Source: Macrostomum lignano (Eukaryota). From it: DNA of 64,000 nt. Below the pieces are notes generated by a model. The model saw only the letters and a list, made by a program, of their open reading frames with translations, had not been told where the DNA came from and did not search any database. This document shows, in pieces, positions 50,714 to 60,221 of this stretch (the first letter of the stretch is position 1; each line of letters begins with the position of its first letter). Both the position numbers and the translations under genes were made by a program. Location of the stretch: NCBI GenBank assembly GCA_002269645.1, contig NIVC01000219.1, positions 375,693 to 439,692 on the forward strand, read 5' to 3'.

Positions 50714-50800
<87 letters not shown>

Positions 50801-50810
50801 ATCTCTCTCT
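50714..50810. repeat. (CT)n microsatellite at the 3' flank of the Penelope-like element
   Basis: Direct. Confidence 0.95.
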
Positions 50811-51249
50811 CAGTTGTCAAGCTTCTTAGGGTTGATCTCGCCTTCTTGGGCAGCTTCAGGTTGGATAGAAGGGCCGTGCGTTTCTCCTCCAAAGTTCGCC
50901 AGGTTCTGACGCGTGCCACGGCCGATTGCTCTTTTGACGTCATTGCTGTCTAAGTCGGGCCTCGACTCGGTTCGTTTCTCCCGGCCGGTTTGAGTGCCAT
51001 TGTGCCTGCGGCGGGGTGTTGCTACTCACTGGAATGGAAAGAGGCTTTATTAGATTCGGTCATTCAAATTTGACTTTACAGTTGATTAATTGTTGACGTG
51101 ACAGTTGACGGTTGTGAAAGCTCTGATTGACAGCTCTAGGCCAGGTAAAAAGCGGTGCATTCGTTCTGTGCATGCAGGAACCAGGCCTGCGCACCCACAC
51201 CTGCCCAACATGCTGCTTGCGACGCCTGAAAACCAGCGTCCCGTCCAGC

Positions 51250-51790
51250 GTCAAATGTTGTCAAATGCTGGAAATCGACTCGGACATAGCAGCAATTCGC
51301 AAGTTGGGATTCCGAGTGTGCAGTGTGCATTTTAGTGAAAGTTATGACAGCTATCTTTCAAGACCATTGAGGGCCCTCAAGATCATTAGTAGGCTAAACT
51401 AAACTGACGTTGTCACACTAATGTAACTCAAGAACGTAGCTTTATTTTCTTCCTTGGCAAATATAATTTCACAGTATCTAATGACAACATTTTCCCGGTT
51501 TTTATGTCTTACTGGTTTCACCTGCAATGCCCAAATTATTGCTTAAACGTTTGCTAATTAATAAAAATAATCATCACTCAGTATACGTGCTACCAGTAGC
51601 ATTGTCATTAGCTTGCAAAAGTCAGTCAGGTAAGCTGACTGCTTTGTGAAGCCGCTGAAGGGAAACGTGTCGTATATTCATGTCGCAAACAAGGACAGCT
51701 GCAATCATTAAAAATGCACACTGTACACTTGCAATCCCATCTTGCGAACGGCTCCGCGATGTCCAAGTTGATTTCCAGCATTTGCCGCCA
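51250..51790. repeat. Imperfect inverted repeat (~85 bp arms, 51250-51335 and 51700-51790) encoding THAP-like fragments
   Basis: Plus arm QMLEIDSDIAAIRKLGFRVCSVHF; minus arm WRQMLEINLDIA / RKMGLQVYSVHF (frameshifted). Confidence 0.65.
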
Positions 51791-52183
51791 TTGACTCCAC
51801 GCCAGTCTGCTGATCGCACGAAGTTTTGCTGGTGTGATGTCAGTGTGTTTGCTGGGTGAGTCTTAAAACTCGAAAGTGTAAAATCGTTTCTTTATCCGTT
51901 CTGCCTCATCCATTTAAACTCATAATTTTGGCCAAATGTGCAAATGTGCAGACTTGAACAAATGTTGACGGGATGCTGTGCATCAAATTTAAAGAAACGT
52001 CGTGACTTGAAACGAACAATACGGAAGGCAACAATTCAGACCGGGTTAGTTGAGTATGATTAAAGCAGACAAGTACTCGTAGTACACAAAGTGTAAAACA
52101 ACAAAAGAGTACACAGAGTCCAAGCAAGGGAAGGCAGGTGGAAAGACAACAGAACTTTGCTTGGAAAGTAGTGTATTAGCTAC

Positions 52184-52360
52184 AGTAGTAGGAGTTATGT
52201 GCACTCTGCCGCAGGAATTTCCGTGGGAAAACCACGGGCCTATAGTGTGTAAACATAGCGCCTATGTAAATGCATAGGTGGACTCTGCCGCAGGGAAAGC
52301 CATGGAAAAGCCATGGGGGCCACATCGGGTGGGCATGGGGGCCCGGTGAGATAAAAAAGC
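52184..52360 (+). repeat. Candidate left terminal inverted repeat of the Polinton
   Basis: Starts AGTAGTAG; GC-rich with direct repeats CTCTGCCGCAGG and hairpin CCGTGG-gaaaa-CCACGG; partner end not in the window. Confidence 0.3.
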
Positions 52361-52399
52361 GCATGCTGGTATATGTACTGAAGGAAACTCATTATTGCA

Positions 52400-52430
52400 C
52401 CCACCCGACTCCGCCTAGAAAGTATATAAG
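52400..52430 (+). promoter_or_regulatory. Candidate Pol II promoter (GC boxes CCACCC/CTCCGCC plus TATATAAG at 52423) for the PC4-like gene
   Basis: TATA element 72 nt upstream of the ATG at 52495. Confidence 0.55.
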
Positions 52431-52494
52431 ATGGGCGATTTTTTGAGATTGGCTTCATGACGAAAGGAATTTTTGAGCATCTTTCATCTCATTA

Positions 52495-53232
52495 ATGGAT
52501 CTCTGTGACGGCTTCAAAGTCCAAGTGCAAGAGTACGAGGGTCATCGCTTTATTGCAATCCGACGTTTCTTCTCCTCTGAAAGCGGGCTCAGAGCGGGCA
52601 TCCCTGGCTTTAACCTCAATACATACCAATGGGAGAAGTTGAAGCAGCTGAAACGCCAGCTTGTGCACTCGGCAGTCAATCGGCACAACGTCACAGTCAA
52701 GCTTGGCTTTGATAAACTCGTTGTGGTCAGCAGGGGTATCATCTGGCTGAAGCGCCTGCCGGAAGACTGTACAGAGGATTATCTGCGGCGGAACTCAGTG
52801 GCGCTGACTCCCCGTCTCTGGAAGTCTCTGGAAGAACTCTGGAAGAAGGCCGAGTGGATCGACAACGAGCTGCGAGAGAAGTCGGCGGAGAGTGAGTATC
52901 AGCTGGAGGCCGAGGACATCAAGCATGAGGGCCAAGAAACTCTGCCGGTCAGCGAAGAAGAAGAAGAAGAGGAGAAGAGGCTGCGCATCGTCGAGTCGGA
53001 CAATGCAACCAGCTCGCCTGTTCTGCCAGAGACTTCAGTCGGGCGCATACCGCAGCAAGACAGCGACCTGTCGCACGACCCACTGTGGTACCGGTTCCGT
53101 GCTGCTTCAGGGCTCGGCAACAGCGGCTGTCACAAACGAAAGCTTCCGTGGCCCCTGCGCAGGCAAAATGCAATCAAGTTGCCCAAAGTGATCAATGGTG
53201 GAGAGGATGGTGACGCAGAAAAAAGTGCTTGA
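52495..53232 (+). CDS. PC4/Sub1-like ssDNA-binding or coactivator protein, probably two tandem PC4 folds plus an acidic tail
   Basis: KVQVQEYEGHRFIAIRRFF...GIPGFNLNTYQWEKL matches the PC4 pattern; second unit ends NSVALTPRLWKSL. Confidence 0.72.
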   Translation: MDLCDGFKVQVQEYEGHRFIAIRRFFSSESGLRAGIPGFNLNTYQWEKLKQLKRQLVHSAVNRHNVTVKLGFDKLVVVSRGIIWLKRLPEDCTEDYLRRNSVALTPRLWKSLEELWKKAEWIDNELREKSAESEYQLEAEDIKHEGQETLPVSEEEEEEEKRLRIVESDNATSSPVLPETSVGRIPQQDSDLSHDPLWYRFRAASGLGNSGCHKRKLPWPLRRQNAIKLPKVINGGEDGDAEKSA

Positions 53233-53455
53233 TAAACTTTTTAAGTGACTATGCATGGACATTGCTATGTCATCTGTATTGATGTCTAACAGTTCTATTT
53301 ATCCAGCTTTTTCAGCTTATTCATTAATGTCCTATTGAATGAGCTCGTTTAAAATTATAAATAAAATAAAATAAACATCTCTCTCTCTATAATTATGTTT
53401 GTTTACTGGTGAACTTAAGAATGCAAAATGAGTTTAATTTTTTCTCTAATTAAAA

Positions 53456-54523
53456 ATGGAAAAGATTTACTTTAACCCTGAGCAGCCAGCAAGCTTTTCT
53501 GGCTGCAATAAATTTATTAATGAAGTTCGCACGCAGGGTATCCGAGTGAGTGAAAAAGCTGCGAAAAACTGGCTTAACGATCAGACAGTCTACACATTAC
53601 ATAAGCCAGCAAGGAGGAATTATCCGAGGGCCCCAATCATAGTTCGAAGCATTGATGACCAATGGGAGTTGGATCTGGTGGAGATGATTCCTTTTTCCAA
53701 GTATAATAACGGCTACAGGTATATTCTAACATGCATTGATGTGCTGTCCAAGTACGGATGGGCGAGGGCATTAAAGAACAAGTATTCTATTGAAGTGAAG
53801 TCGGCATTCGAGAGCATATTAAGAAGTTTAAAGCGGCAACCGCGCACTGTTCGCACTGATCAGGGGAAAGAGTTTATCAACTCTACTTTTCGCCAATGCT
53901 GTATGGAAAGGGGAATCCTGGCATTCCCAACCAACAGTGAGCAGAAGGCGGCTGTTATTGAACGATGGAACCGAACTTTAAAGAGCAAAATGTGGCGCTA
54001 CTTCACCCATAATAGCACTCTGCATTGGCTTGATGTGCTGCCTAAGCTAGTGAAGTCCTACAACAAAACTTACCACAGAAGCATACGAATGGCACCAACG
54101 AATGTCAGCCAGGAGAACGAGTCCGAGGTCTGGATGAGCCTATATGACGGGAAAGCGATTGAAACTGTGGAAAAGCTGGGAAAGCCAAAGTTCAGCGAAA
54201 ACCAGTCTGTGCGGATTTCCAATGCACCCAGGCTTTTTAAAAAAGGGTACAAGGCCAACTGGAGCGAAGAAGTGTACACGGTGATGTCCAGAGCTCCAAA
54301 GCATTATCCCTACATGTACAAGATAAAAGACATGAAAGGAGAAGAGATTCGTGGGCTTTTTCACGAGCATGAACTGCAGGCCGTTCCGGAGTCGCAGCGG
54401 CTGTATGTGATTGAAAAGATTTTGAAGACTGAGAAGCGGCGGGGGAAGATCCGATATCTGGTCAAGTGGGCCGGCTACGACTCCACTGATTGGGTGGATG
54501 AGAAGGACTTAAGAAAAGTGTAA
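53456..54523 (+). CDS. Retroviral-type (rve/DDE) integrase with a C-terminal chromodomain
   Basis: QWELDLVEM, TVRTDQGKEF, IERWNRTLK (D-D-E intact); YVIEKIL...YLVKWAGYD chromodomain. Confidence 0.96.
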   Translation: MEKIYFNPEQPASFSGCNKFINEVRTQGIRVSEKAAKNWLNDQTVYTLHKPARRNYPRAPIIVRSIDDQWELDLVEMIPFSKYNNGYRYILTCIDVLSKYGWARALKNKYSIEVKSAFESILRSLKRQPRTVRTDQGKEFINSTFRQCCMERGILAFPTNSEQKAAVIERWNRTLKSKMWRYFTHNSTLHWLDVLPKLVKSYNKTYHRSIRMAPTNVSQENESEVWMSLYDGKAIETVEKLGKPKFSENQSVRISNAPRLFKKGYKANWSEEVYTVMSRAPKHYPYMYKIKDMKGEEIRGLFHEHELQAVPESQRLYVIEKILKTEKRRGKIRYLVKWAGYDSTDWVDEKDLRKV

Positions 54524-54553
54524 GATGCCGACATTGTGCAGCCATTCCCAATT

Positions 54554-55363
54554 ATGAGAAGCATCATTATTAGCAGCGAAAATGCTGAAGGTACTCCTAC
54601 TGACTTTCATTTTCACCTGCCTTCACCTATTTATTTGGATCGAAATGTGGACTATGAGGCAGGTCTGGCTGAAATCCATCTGCCTGCTGCATGGTTCAAT
54701 GTTGACGAGCCTTACTGCTTCACTGTCTCAGATGGTAGAGAGCATGAGGCCTTGGTTCTTCAACCCGGACGCTTTGCTAGAGTGGAGGAGTTGGTGGAGC
54801 GCATGAATGAGCTGTTGACCAACTCTGAGTCATTGTTCTTCGATGCAATGAGTGATAGGGAGTCTGAACTGGAAGCTGAAGAGTCTGGTTTAACGGGGCG
54901 AAGCAGCACTAGAGATATTGGCATAAAGTTTGAGATCCAAGAATTGAGAACGGTAGTGCTCAACAACACGGCTCGAGCAGAATTATTCCTTCCATCAAGT
55001 AAAATTCTGCAGTGGCTGGGATTCGGAAATCAGTCCGTGAAAATCCCACCTGGGCGCCAAGTTTCCACGTACCGCATTGGCTGCCCGCCCACCAATCTGA
55101 TCAACGTGCATTGTAGCATTGTGGAGTCAACTAATTGCAACGGGAACTCTCTGCTGCGAACTGTGAACATGAATCCTGAAGCCGGATGGGGAAGCTACTG
55201 GAGCAAAGTGTTTAAGAAAACAGTCTTCTTCCCCATTCAGAAAACAAATTTTCTACACAGCCTTCGAGTTCAACTGCGAGACATTTTTGGCTTCTCACTG
55301 ACTGCTCATAGCGGCAGCCCTGTTCTGCTCACAATTCTGATACGTGAGAGACCAATGCAATGA
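54554..55363 (+). CDS. Polinton minor capsid (penton-like) protein
   Basis: SIIISS...TPTDFHFHLPSPIYLD..YEAGLAEI, INVHCSIVE, SLLRTV, LRVQLRD...LTILIR pattern; typical position. Confidence 0.78.
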   Translation: MRSIIISSENAEGTPTDFHFHLPSPIYLDRNVDYEAGLAEIHLPAAWFNVDEPYCFTVSDGREHEALVLQPGRFARVEELVERMNELLTNSESLFFDAMSDRESELEAEESGLTGRSSTRDIGIKFEIQELRTVVLNNTARAELFLPSSKILQWLGFGNQSVKIPPGRQVSTYRIGCPPTNLINVHCSIVESTNCNGNSLLRTVNMNPEAGWGSYWSKVFKKTVFFPIQKTNFLHSLRVQLRDIFGFSLTAHSGSPVLLTILIRERPMQ

Positions 55364-55776
55364 ACTATCAGCAGCTGATTCGGCAGTATTCAGGGACTCG
55401 GACGGGAAATGAAAAGTCCATGCTCTATGGCTGCGGGAGTTTTCCTGGAATAATGACTTACCAGCCTCCTCCAGCACCTTCCATAACATCATCATCATCA
55501 TTAGCATCAAAGCCTGTACAAACCAGCAGTAGCAGCAGAAGCAATCGTACGAGTAATAGAAACATAGGAAATCAAGGACAGGCTAAAAAGGTGAATAAGA
55601 AGCAGGTGCGCATGAAGAAGAAGAAAAAAAGTGGCGAAGCACGCAAAACGAGCAAGGTCAGAACAAGCAAGCAACCTAAGAAAAGAACGACTAAAACACA
55701 GGCCAAGAAAACAGGCAAAAGAAACCAAAAAGTGAGCAAAAATACTGTGAAGCGTGTTCTAGACTCACTCTCATAG
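55360..55776 (+). CDS. Small Lys/Arg-rich protein, putative DNA-condensing core protein
   Basis: Very basic C-terminal half; LYGC-G fits the adenain cleavage consensus; lies between the capsid genes. Confidence 0.6.
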   Translation: MNYQQLIRQYSGTRTGNEKSMLYGCGSFPGIMTYQPPPAPSITSSSSLASKPVQTSSSSRSNRTSNRNIGNQGQAKKVNKKQVRMKKKKKSGEARKTSKVRTSKQPKKRTTKTQAKKTGKRNQKVSKNTVKRVLDSLS

Positions 55777-55778
55777 CA

Positions 55779-57054
55779 ATGGCTTACGGATTCAACCCGA
55801 GACTCGATTTGTTCAAGTCCCCCGTGCTGCAGACTGCTATTGAAAAATCCACATACGTTGATATTCACCCTGTGAACTCTATTGCTACTAACTCACCTAT
55901 TGAATTCGACTGCCATCCATCGGCTGATGAGTACACTGATCTGCTGAGCTCATTCCTGTATATTCGCTGTCGCCTAGTCCGGCTTGGCGGGGCTTTGATG
56001 AGGGAGGAGGTTCGGAATGCCGATGGAGTTGTCACTGAGCGCAGAGACAGTGGGGTGCATCCAGAAAACTTTGTCCTATCTACGGCATTCTCAGATGTAA
56101 TCGTGAGCATCAACCAGCGCATTGTCTCAGGCGGAGACCAGCTCTACCCCTACCATGCCTACCTAAAAGCTCTCATGAGCTCATCCGATGCTCAGCAGTT
56201 AAATTTCTACCCCGCCGGAACCCGAAACTGCTGCTGAGGGGCATGCCGAGAGCCACAGGGAGTCCCGCTGGGTGGAGTATGCGGGACCACTGCTCAGCGA
56301 CATCTTCCAGTGTCCTGTTCTGCTGCTGAACAATTTACACCTGCACATCAAGCTGATGCCCAGCGATGCTGCATTTGCCATCCGAACCCCAGATGAGAAC
56401 AACACAGCCTACCGAATGGAAATCTCCCACTGCATTCTGAACCTGCGCCGAGTCAAAGTGGCGCCTCACATCAGCCTAGCGCATGAGCAGGGACTTACCA
56501 ATCAGAACGCACTTTACCCCATCGAGCGAACCGAAATGCAAAACTTCATTCTACCACAGGGAATTCAGTCAAAAAACATTGAAGGATTCACCCATGGCAA
56601 ACTGCCTAAGTTCGTTATGCTGGTCTTCGTGAACCACCGAGCCTTCAATGGCCATCACCATTCCAGCCCCTTCGAGTTCCAGAGCTTCAACCTCAGCCAG
56701 CTAGCACTAAAGAAAGGTGGTGAAGCCATGTGCCACGCTGCATTTGCACCTGAGAATAATTCATTCGTGAGAGAGTACTTGCACTACCTGAAAAGCTGTC
56801 AGTCTGCCAGCCCTAGCAACTCGGTTCCGTGGGTCCCCTACCAGTTGTTCTCCAACGGCAACACAGCTTTCGCATTCGATCTCACGCCTGAGGGAGCGGC
56901 CCTGTGGTACGGACAGAAGGAGGGCAATTTGCGGCTGGAGATTCGCTTCCGACAGGCCCTGGAGGAGCCTGTATCTCTGATTGTTATGTGCCTGTATGAC
57001 TCACTGATTGAGGTCACCAAGCACAGGGAGATTCTGCTAGATTTTCCATCCTAG
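55779..57054 (+). pseudogene. Double jelly-roll major capsid protein, split by a frameshift near 56220
   Basis: RLDLFKSPVLQT...SPIEF...YTDL, LSDIFQ..LLLNN, HGKLPKFVMLVFV, PFEFQSFNL, FAFDLTP, GNLRLEIRF, LIEVTKHREI; ORFs 55779-56237 and 56272-57054. Confidence 0.9.
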
Positions 57055-57077
57055 GAGTACGCAGGCGCAACGCTAAT

Positions 57078-57617
57078 ATGGATGCTTTTCAACTGCTTAA
57101 ACTGGCTAAAAGCTTTTTGCCACAAAATAATTGTTTAATTATTGTCTTGAATTCAATAAATAAAACATCTTATGCTTTAAACTTTATTCAGCGAGCAACT
57201 CTCAAAAGAAATTTATCTCGATGTAAGTTTATTTTCTTTCTGCTTCCGTACAGCTCGTGATTCGGTCACTGGGTGGTTTGTTATGCTAATAAGGAGAATT
57301 CCATAGAACTCTTTAACTCTCTGGGCTGGGACTCAAGCACTTTAGACATCATTCACGGAGCACTGAAATCCTTTTGGTATTCTCCATTCTACTTACGTAG
57401 CAATGTGAATCGAATTTAGAGCTGCGACTCTGCTAAATGCGGTTTGTTCTGTCTCTTGTTTGTCTATCAAAAGTTTCGTTTCAAGCGCTCGTTTGAGTGG
57501 GTTCTGCGGCACCTCCATGCAAATCAGCAGAGCCACTTGAATGAAAGAATTCTGCAAAGGTTTGAGAGTTGCTTAAGAAAAAGAATTTTAATTAGAATTT
57601 TAAAATCAAGGATTTAG
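57078..57617 (+). pseudogene. Adenain-like cysteine protease with two in-frame stops
   Basis: Manual translation gives ...PYSS*FGHWVVCY...ELFNSLG...RI*SCDSAKCGLFCLLF, with catalytic His, an Asp-to-Asn change, a stop at the oxyanion Gln position and catalytic Cys. Confidence 0.85.
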
Positions 57618-57628
57618 CTCAACAGGCG

Positions 57629-58282
57629 ATGGAAACGCGTGAGCGGATAAACCGTTATGATGTGCGCCTGCGACAGGGAAGCTGCATGATTGTCAGCGGG
57701 CCTACAAATGCAGGAAAGACAACCTTCGTGAAACATCTGATCCAGTACAGGGATGTCATGTTTGATGTGAAGCCAGGGAGAGTTCTGTGGTACTATGGGA
57801 TTTCACAAGCAGCACACTCTGAGCTGAGCAGTCTCGGCGTGCACCTGCAGCAGGGATTTCCCAGCAGTATCGAGACCGCACTGAGACCCAATGACCTGGT
57901 TGGATTTGATGACCTGATTGAAGAAACTTCCAATTCTGCTGCTATGCGAAATGTTTTCACAGGAATTGCCCATCATTTGCCCTGCTTTCTGGTTATGCTG
58001 ACCCAAAATGTATTTTTTAAAGGGAAGGAGTTGAGAACAATGAGTCTGAATGCGATGTACTTTGTGATCATGAAGAACCCCAGAGACCAGCTGCAGATTG
58101 CAGCGCTGGACAGGCAGTGTTTTGCTGAGAAGCCCGGCTTTCTGCTGTCAGTGTTCAAGCACGTGACATCGCACGGCAGGGGAGCCTACCTGCTCCTGGA
58201 TTTTCACCCTTCCACCCCTGATGAGCTGCGCGTCCGGGCTCGAATCCTGCCCAATCATCGACCCCACCTTTTTTACACTTAA
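57629..58282 (+). CDS. Genome-packaging ATPase (A32/FtsK-HerA family)
   Basis: Walker A SGPTNAGKTT, Walker B FDDL, HH...LTQN, RTMSLNAMY, KNPRD. Confidence 0.95.
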   Translation: METRERINRYDVRLRQGSCMIVSGPTNAGKTTFVKHLIQYRDVMFDVKPGRVLWYYGISQAAHSELSSLGVHLQQGFPSSIETALRPNDLVGFDDLIEETSNSAAMRNVFTGIAHHLPCFLVMLTQNVFFKGKELRTMSLNAMYFVIMKNPRDQLQIAALDRQCFAEKPGFLLSVFKHVTSHGRGAYLLLDFHPSTPDELRVRARILPNHRPHLFYT

Positions 58283-58329
58283 GAATAACAGCCGAGATTT
58301 CGCCATTTGTTCTATATTCTGCAACACTA

Positions 58330-58644
58330 ATGAAAATGGAAACATTCGACTCACATGAAAGTTTGTTTGATATTCTCGCCTCACCAAAATATTCCATCAG
58401 CTTTAAACGCTTGTTGATCAGAGCGGGTCCAAAAGCCGTACGTGAATTTCTCATTGAGGCCTGCTACAACCTATTGCAAAACACTTTGTCGTTCTCACTC
58501 ACTGAAAAGGCAGCGCTGGTGAAGCAAAAGCAAATAATCCGCAAAATTTCTACACATCGAAGAACTGCGGATCTGCTAAATACGGGTTTTATCCAAAATT
58601 CTCTACATTCTAATAAAGCTAGTGAAGAAAAAGAAACAAAATGA
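58330..58644 (+). CDS. Conserved small Polinton protein, function unknown
   Basis: KRLLIRAG..VREFLIEACYNLL..LTEKAALVKQKQIIRKI pattern recalled from animal Polintons. Confidence 0.6.
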   Translation: MKMETFDSHESLFDILASPKYSISFKRLLIRAGPKAVREFLIEACYNLLQNTLSFSLTEKAALVKQKQIIRKISTHRRTADLLNTGFIQNSLHSNKASEEKETK

Positions 58645-59363
58645 ATAAGTTCTCAGAAATGGTTCTGATCCCCAAGTCAGAATACGATATGCTCACACAG
58701 AATTTGAAGCCAGTTGAGTCTGAACTCGACACTGCTGTGAGATATGCGCAGAGGAAATGCAATGATATTTTGCTTGCCGAGGATTGCCCAGACGATGTGA
58801 AAGCTGCCATGTACCATGATGCGATGAAGAATTTGCTGGCCAAGCGCAAGCGGACTGGAAAGGATGGTGTGGTAACTGCGAGAGATGCCAAGATGCTGAA
58901 AACTGATATTGCACCAAGCAGCTGGGGGGAAAAGATCACCCAATCCGTGCCGCAGAAGTTTAAAGCGAGAGCCCGCAGTCTATGGGCCATCCTATCTGGC
59001 AATCCCTCTCTGATTCGGGTGTCCGAAAATGGCGAGGCGCAAATTTCTGGGAAGACAATACCCTCCTCAAACATCCTGGATTTGTTTCACAGTGCGGTGA
59101 GGGATTCGAAATGTGCCAGCGAGCCGGTGGGCTGGAGTGAGTTTGTCTCATTGCTTCAAGACAAAAAGCTTTACATCCCAGCTTCGGCTATAGGAAAGTC
59201 AGTAAGGCAGCTAATTTCTAAACCTGCTGTTTCTCCACAGGCCGCCCCTGCTCATCATATAGTTAAGGGATTCGGGAGTGGGAGAGCCTGGCTACAGCTG
59301 ACCAGGAAAAAAAACTATTTAAGAAGGGGAACTGTGTCGGCTTCCCGACATCTGGCATCTTAA
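58641..59363 (+). CDS. Conserved Polinton protein, function unknown
   Basis: VPQKFKARARSL, GEAQISGKTIPSSNILDL, PVGWSEF, IPASAIG pattern; ATGA overlap with the upstream ORF. Confidence 0.65.
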   Translation: MNKFSEMVLIPKSEYDMLTQNLKPVESELDTAVRYAQRKCNDILLAEDCPDDVKAAMYHDAMKNLLAKRKRTGKDGVVTARDAKMLKTDIAPSSWGEKITQSVPQKFKARARSLWAILSGNPSLIRVSENGEAQISGKTIPSSNILDLFHSAVRDSKCASEPVGWSEFVSLLQDKKLYIPASAIGKSVRQLISKPAVSPQAAPAHHIVKGFGSGRAWLQLTRKKNYLRRGTVSASRHLAS

Positions 59364-59375
59364 CACCATCCGATC

Positions 59376-60221
59376 ATGAACTATATTGACTTCCAAGGCT
59401 TCCCACGCGAGAGATCGAGCAGAGATTTCGTTGTGAAGGAGCTGGCCATTGCTCAAGTCCGGGCAGGCAGTTACCATATCACTCATCACGTGTACGCCTC
59501 TCCGTTCTCATGGGAGAGAATCTCACCTGAGATGCAGGTGCATTACAGAAAGCTCTCAAAGAATTTTCATCATTTCAAGTGGACAGATGGATCCCGACCG
59601 TACATGCATTTGGCTAATGACATTCTAAACATTGCTTACGGCCCCACATGGACAAGCGGGGTGAAGAAGTCCATCTTTCTGACTGAGCTGCTTGGCAGAC
59701 AGGTGTACAACTTAGAGGATTTGGGATCACCTTTGATTCAAGCATCTGATACTGGTTGCGCAGTGAAAAATGTATTACTGTACTATAACTGGCTGAAGCC
59801 GAAGTTCTGTATCAACTTAAGAAGCGAGGTGTGCCCGCACCACTCAAAAGCTCGCAAAGACAGCACCACTGACAGAAAGGACTCTCTAAATGAGTACACC
59901 TGCGACAGCCCTGCGAGTGACCAATCTGGTCGGCGGCGTGGATCTGAGACTGGCTGGAGGCAGGGGTGCTCAGTTGCCTCTGCGGGAACTGGCTCTCAGC
60001 ATGGCTCATGTCATCTATCGTCCCGTCTGGCCCCGAGTGCTCATCAAGAGGATGCGGAATCCCAGAGTGACTCTATTGCTCTATCCGACTGGACAACTGA
60101 GTATCTGTGGCGCCCGGAGCTACTCGGCCTCAGTCAGGGCCGCTCGTCGCTTCGTGGCTATGCTGCATCGCAGAGTGCCTGCTCAACTGCTGCCTCGTCA
60201 ATCCATTTGTGTGAGGATTAA
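59376..60221 (+). CDS. DnaQ/DEDD-like 3'-5' exonuclease homolog (recognisable to about residue 140; tail overlaps the TBP ORF)
   Basis: YIDFQGF...FVVKELA, HHFKWTDG, VYNLEDLGSP, CAVKNV..YYNWL. Confidence 0.65.
   Translation: MNYIDFQGFPRERSSRDFVVKELAIAQVRAGSYHITHHVYASPFSWERISPEMQVHYRKLSKNFHHFKWTDGSRPYMHLANDILNIAYGPTWTSGVKKSIFLTELLGRQVYNLEDLGSPLIQASDTGCAVKNVLLYYNWLKPKFCINLRSEVCPHHSKARKDSTTDRKDSLNEYTCDSPASDQSGRRRGSETGWRQGCSVASAGTGSQHGSCHLSSRLAPSAHQEDAESQSDSIALSDWTTEYLWRPELLGLSQGRSSLRGYAASQSACSTAASSIHLCED

Noticed and set aside
50810-51254. Possible MULE transposase remnant on the minus strand (RTNAPLFTWPRAVNQSFH)
   Set aside because: The similarity is too short and weak to call without a profile search.
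57258-57420. Selenocysteine or stop readthrough rescuing the protease
   Set aside because: One stop is TAG at the expected Gln, no SECIS element is evident, and neighbouring genes are also broken.
59800-60221. Exonuclease-TBP fusion protein by frameshift
   Set aside because: An in-frame TAA lies immediately before the TBP ATG, so a simple frameshift cannot fuse them.
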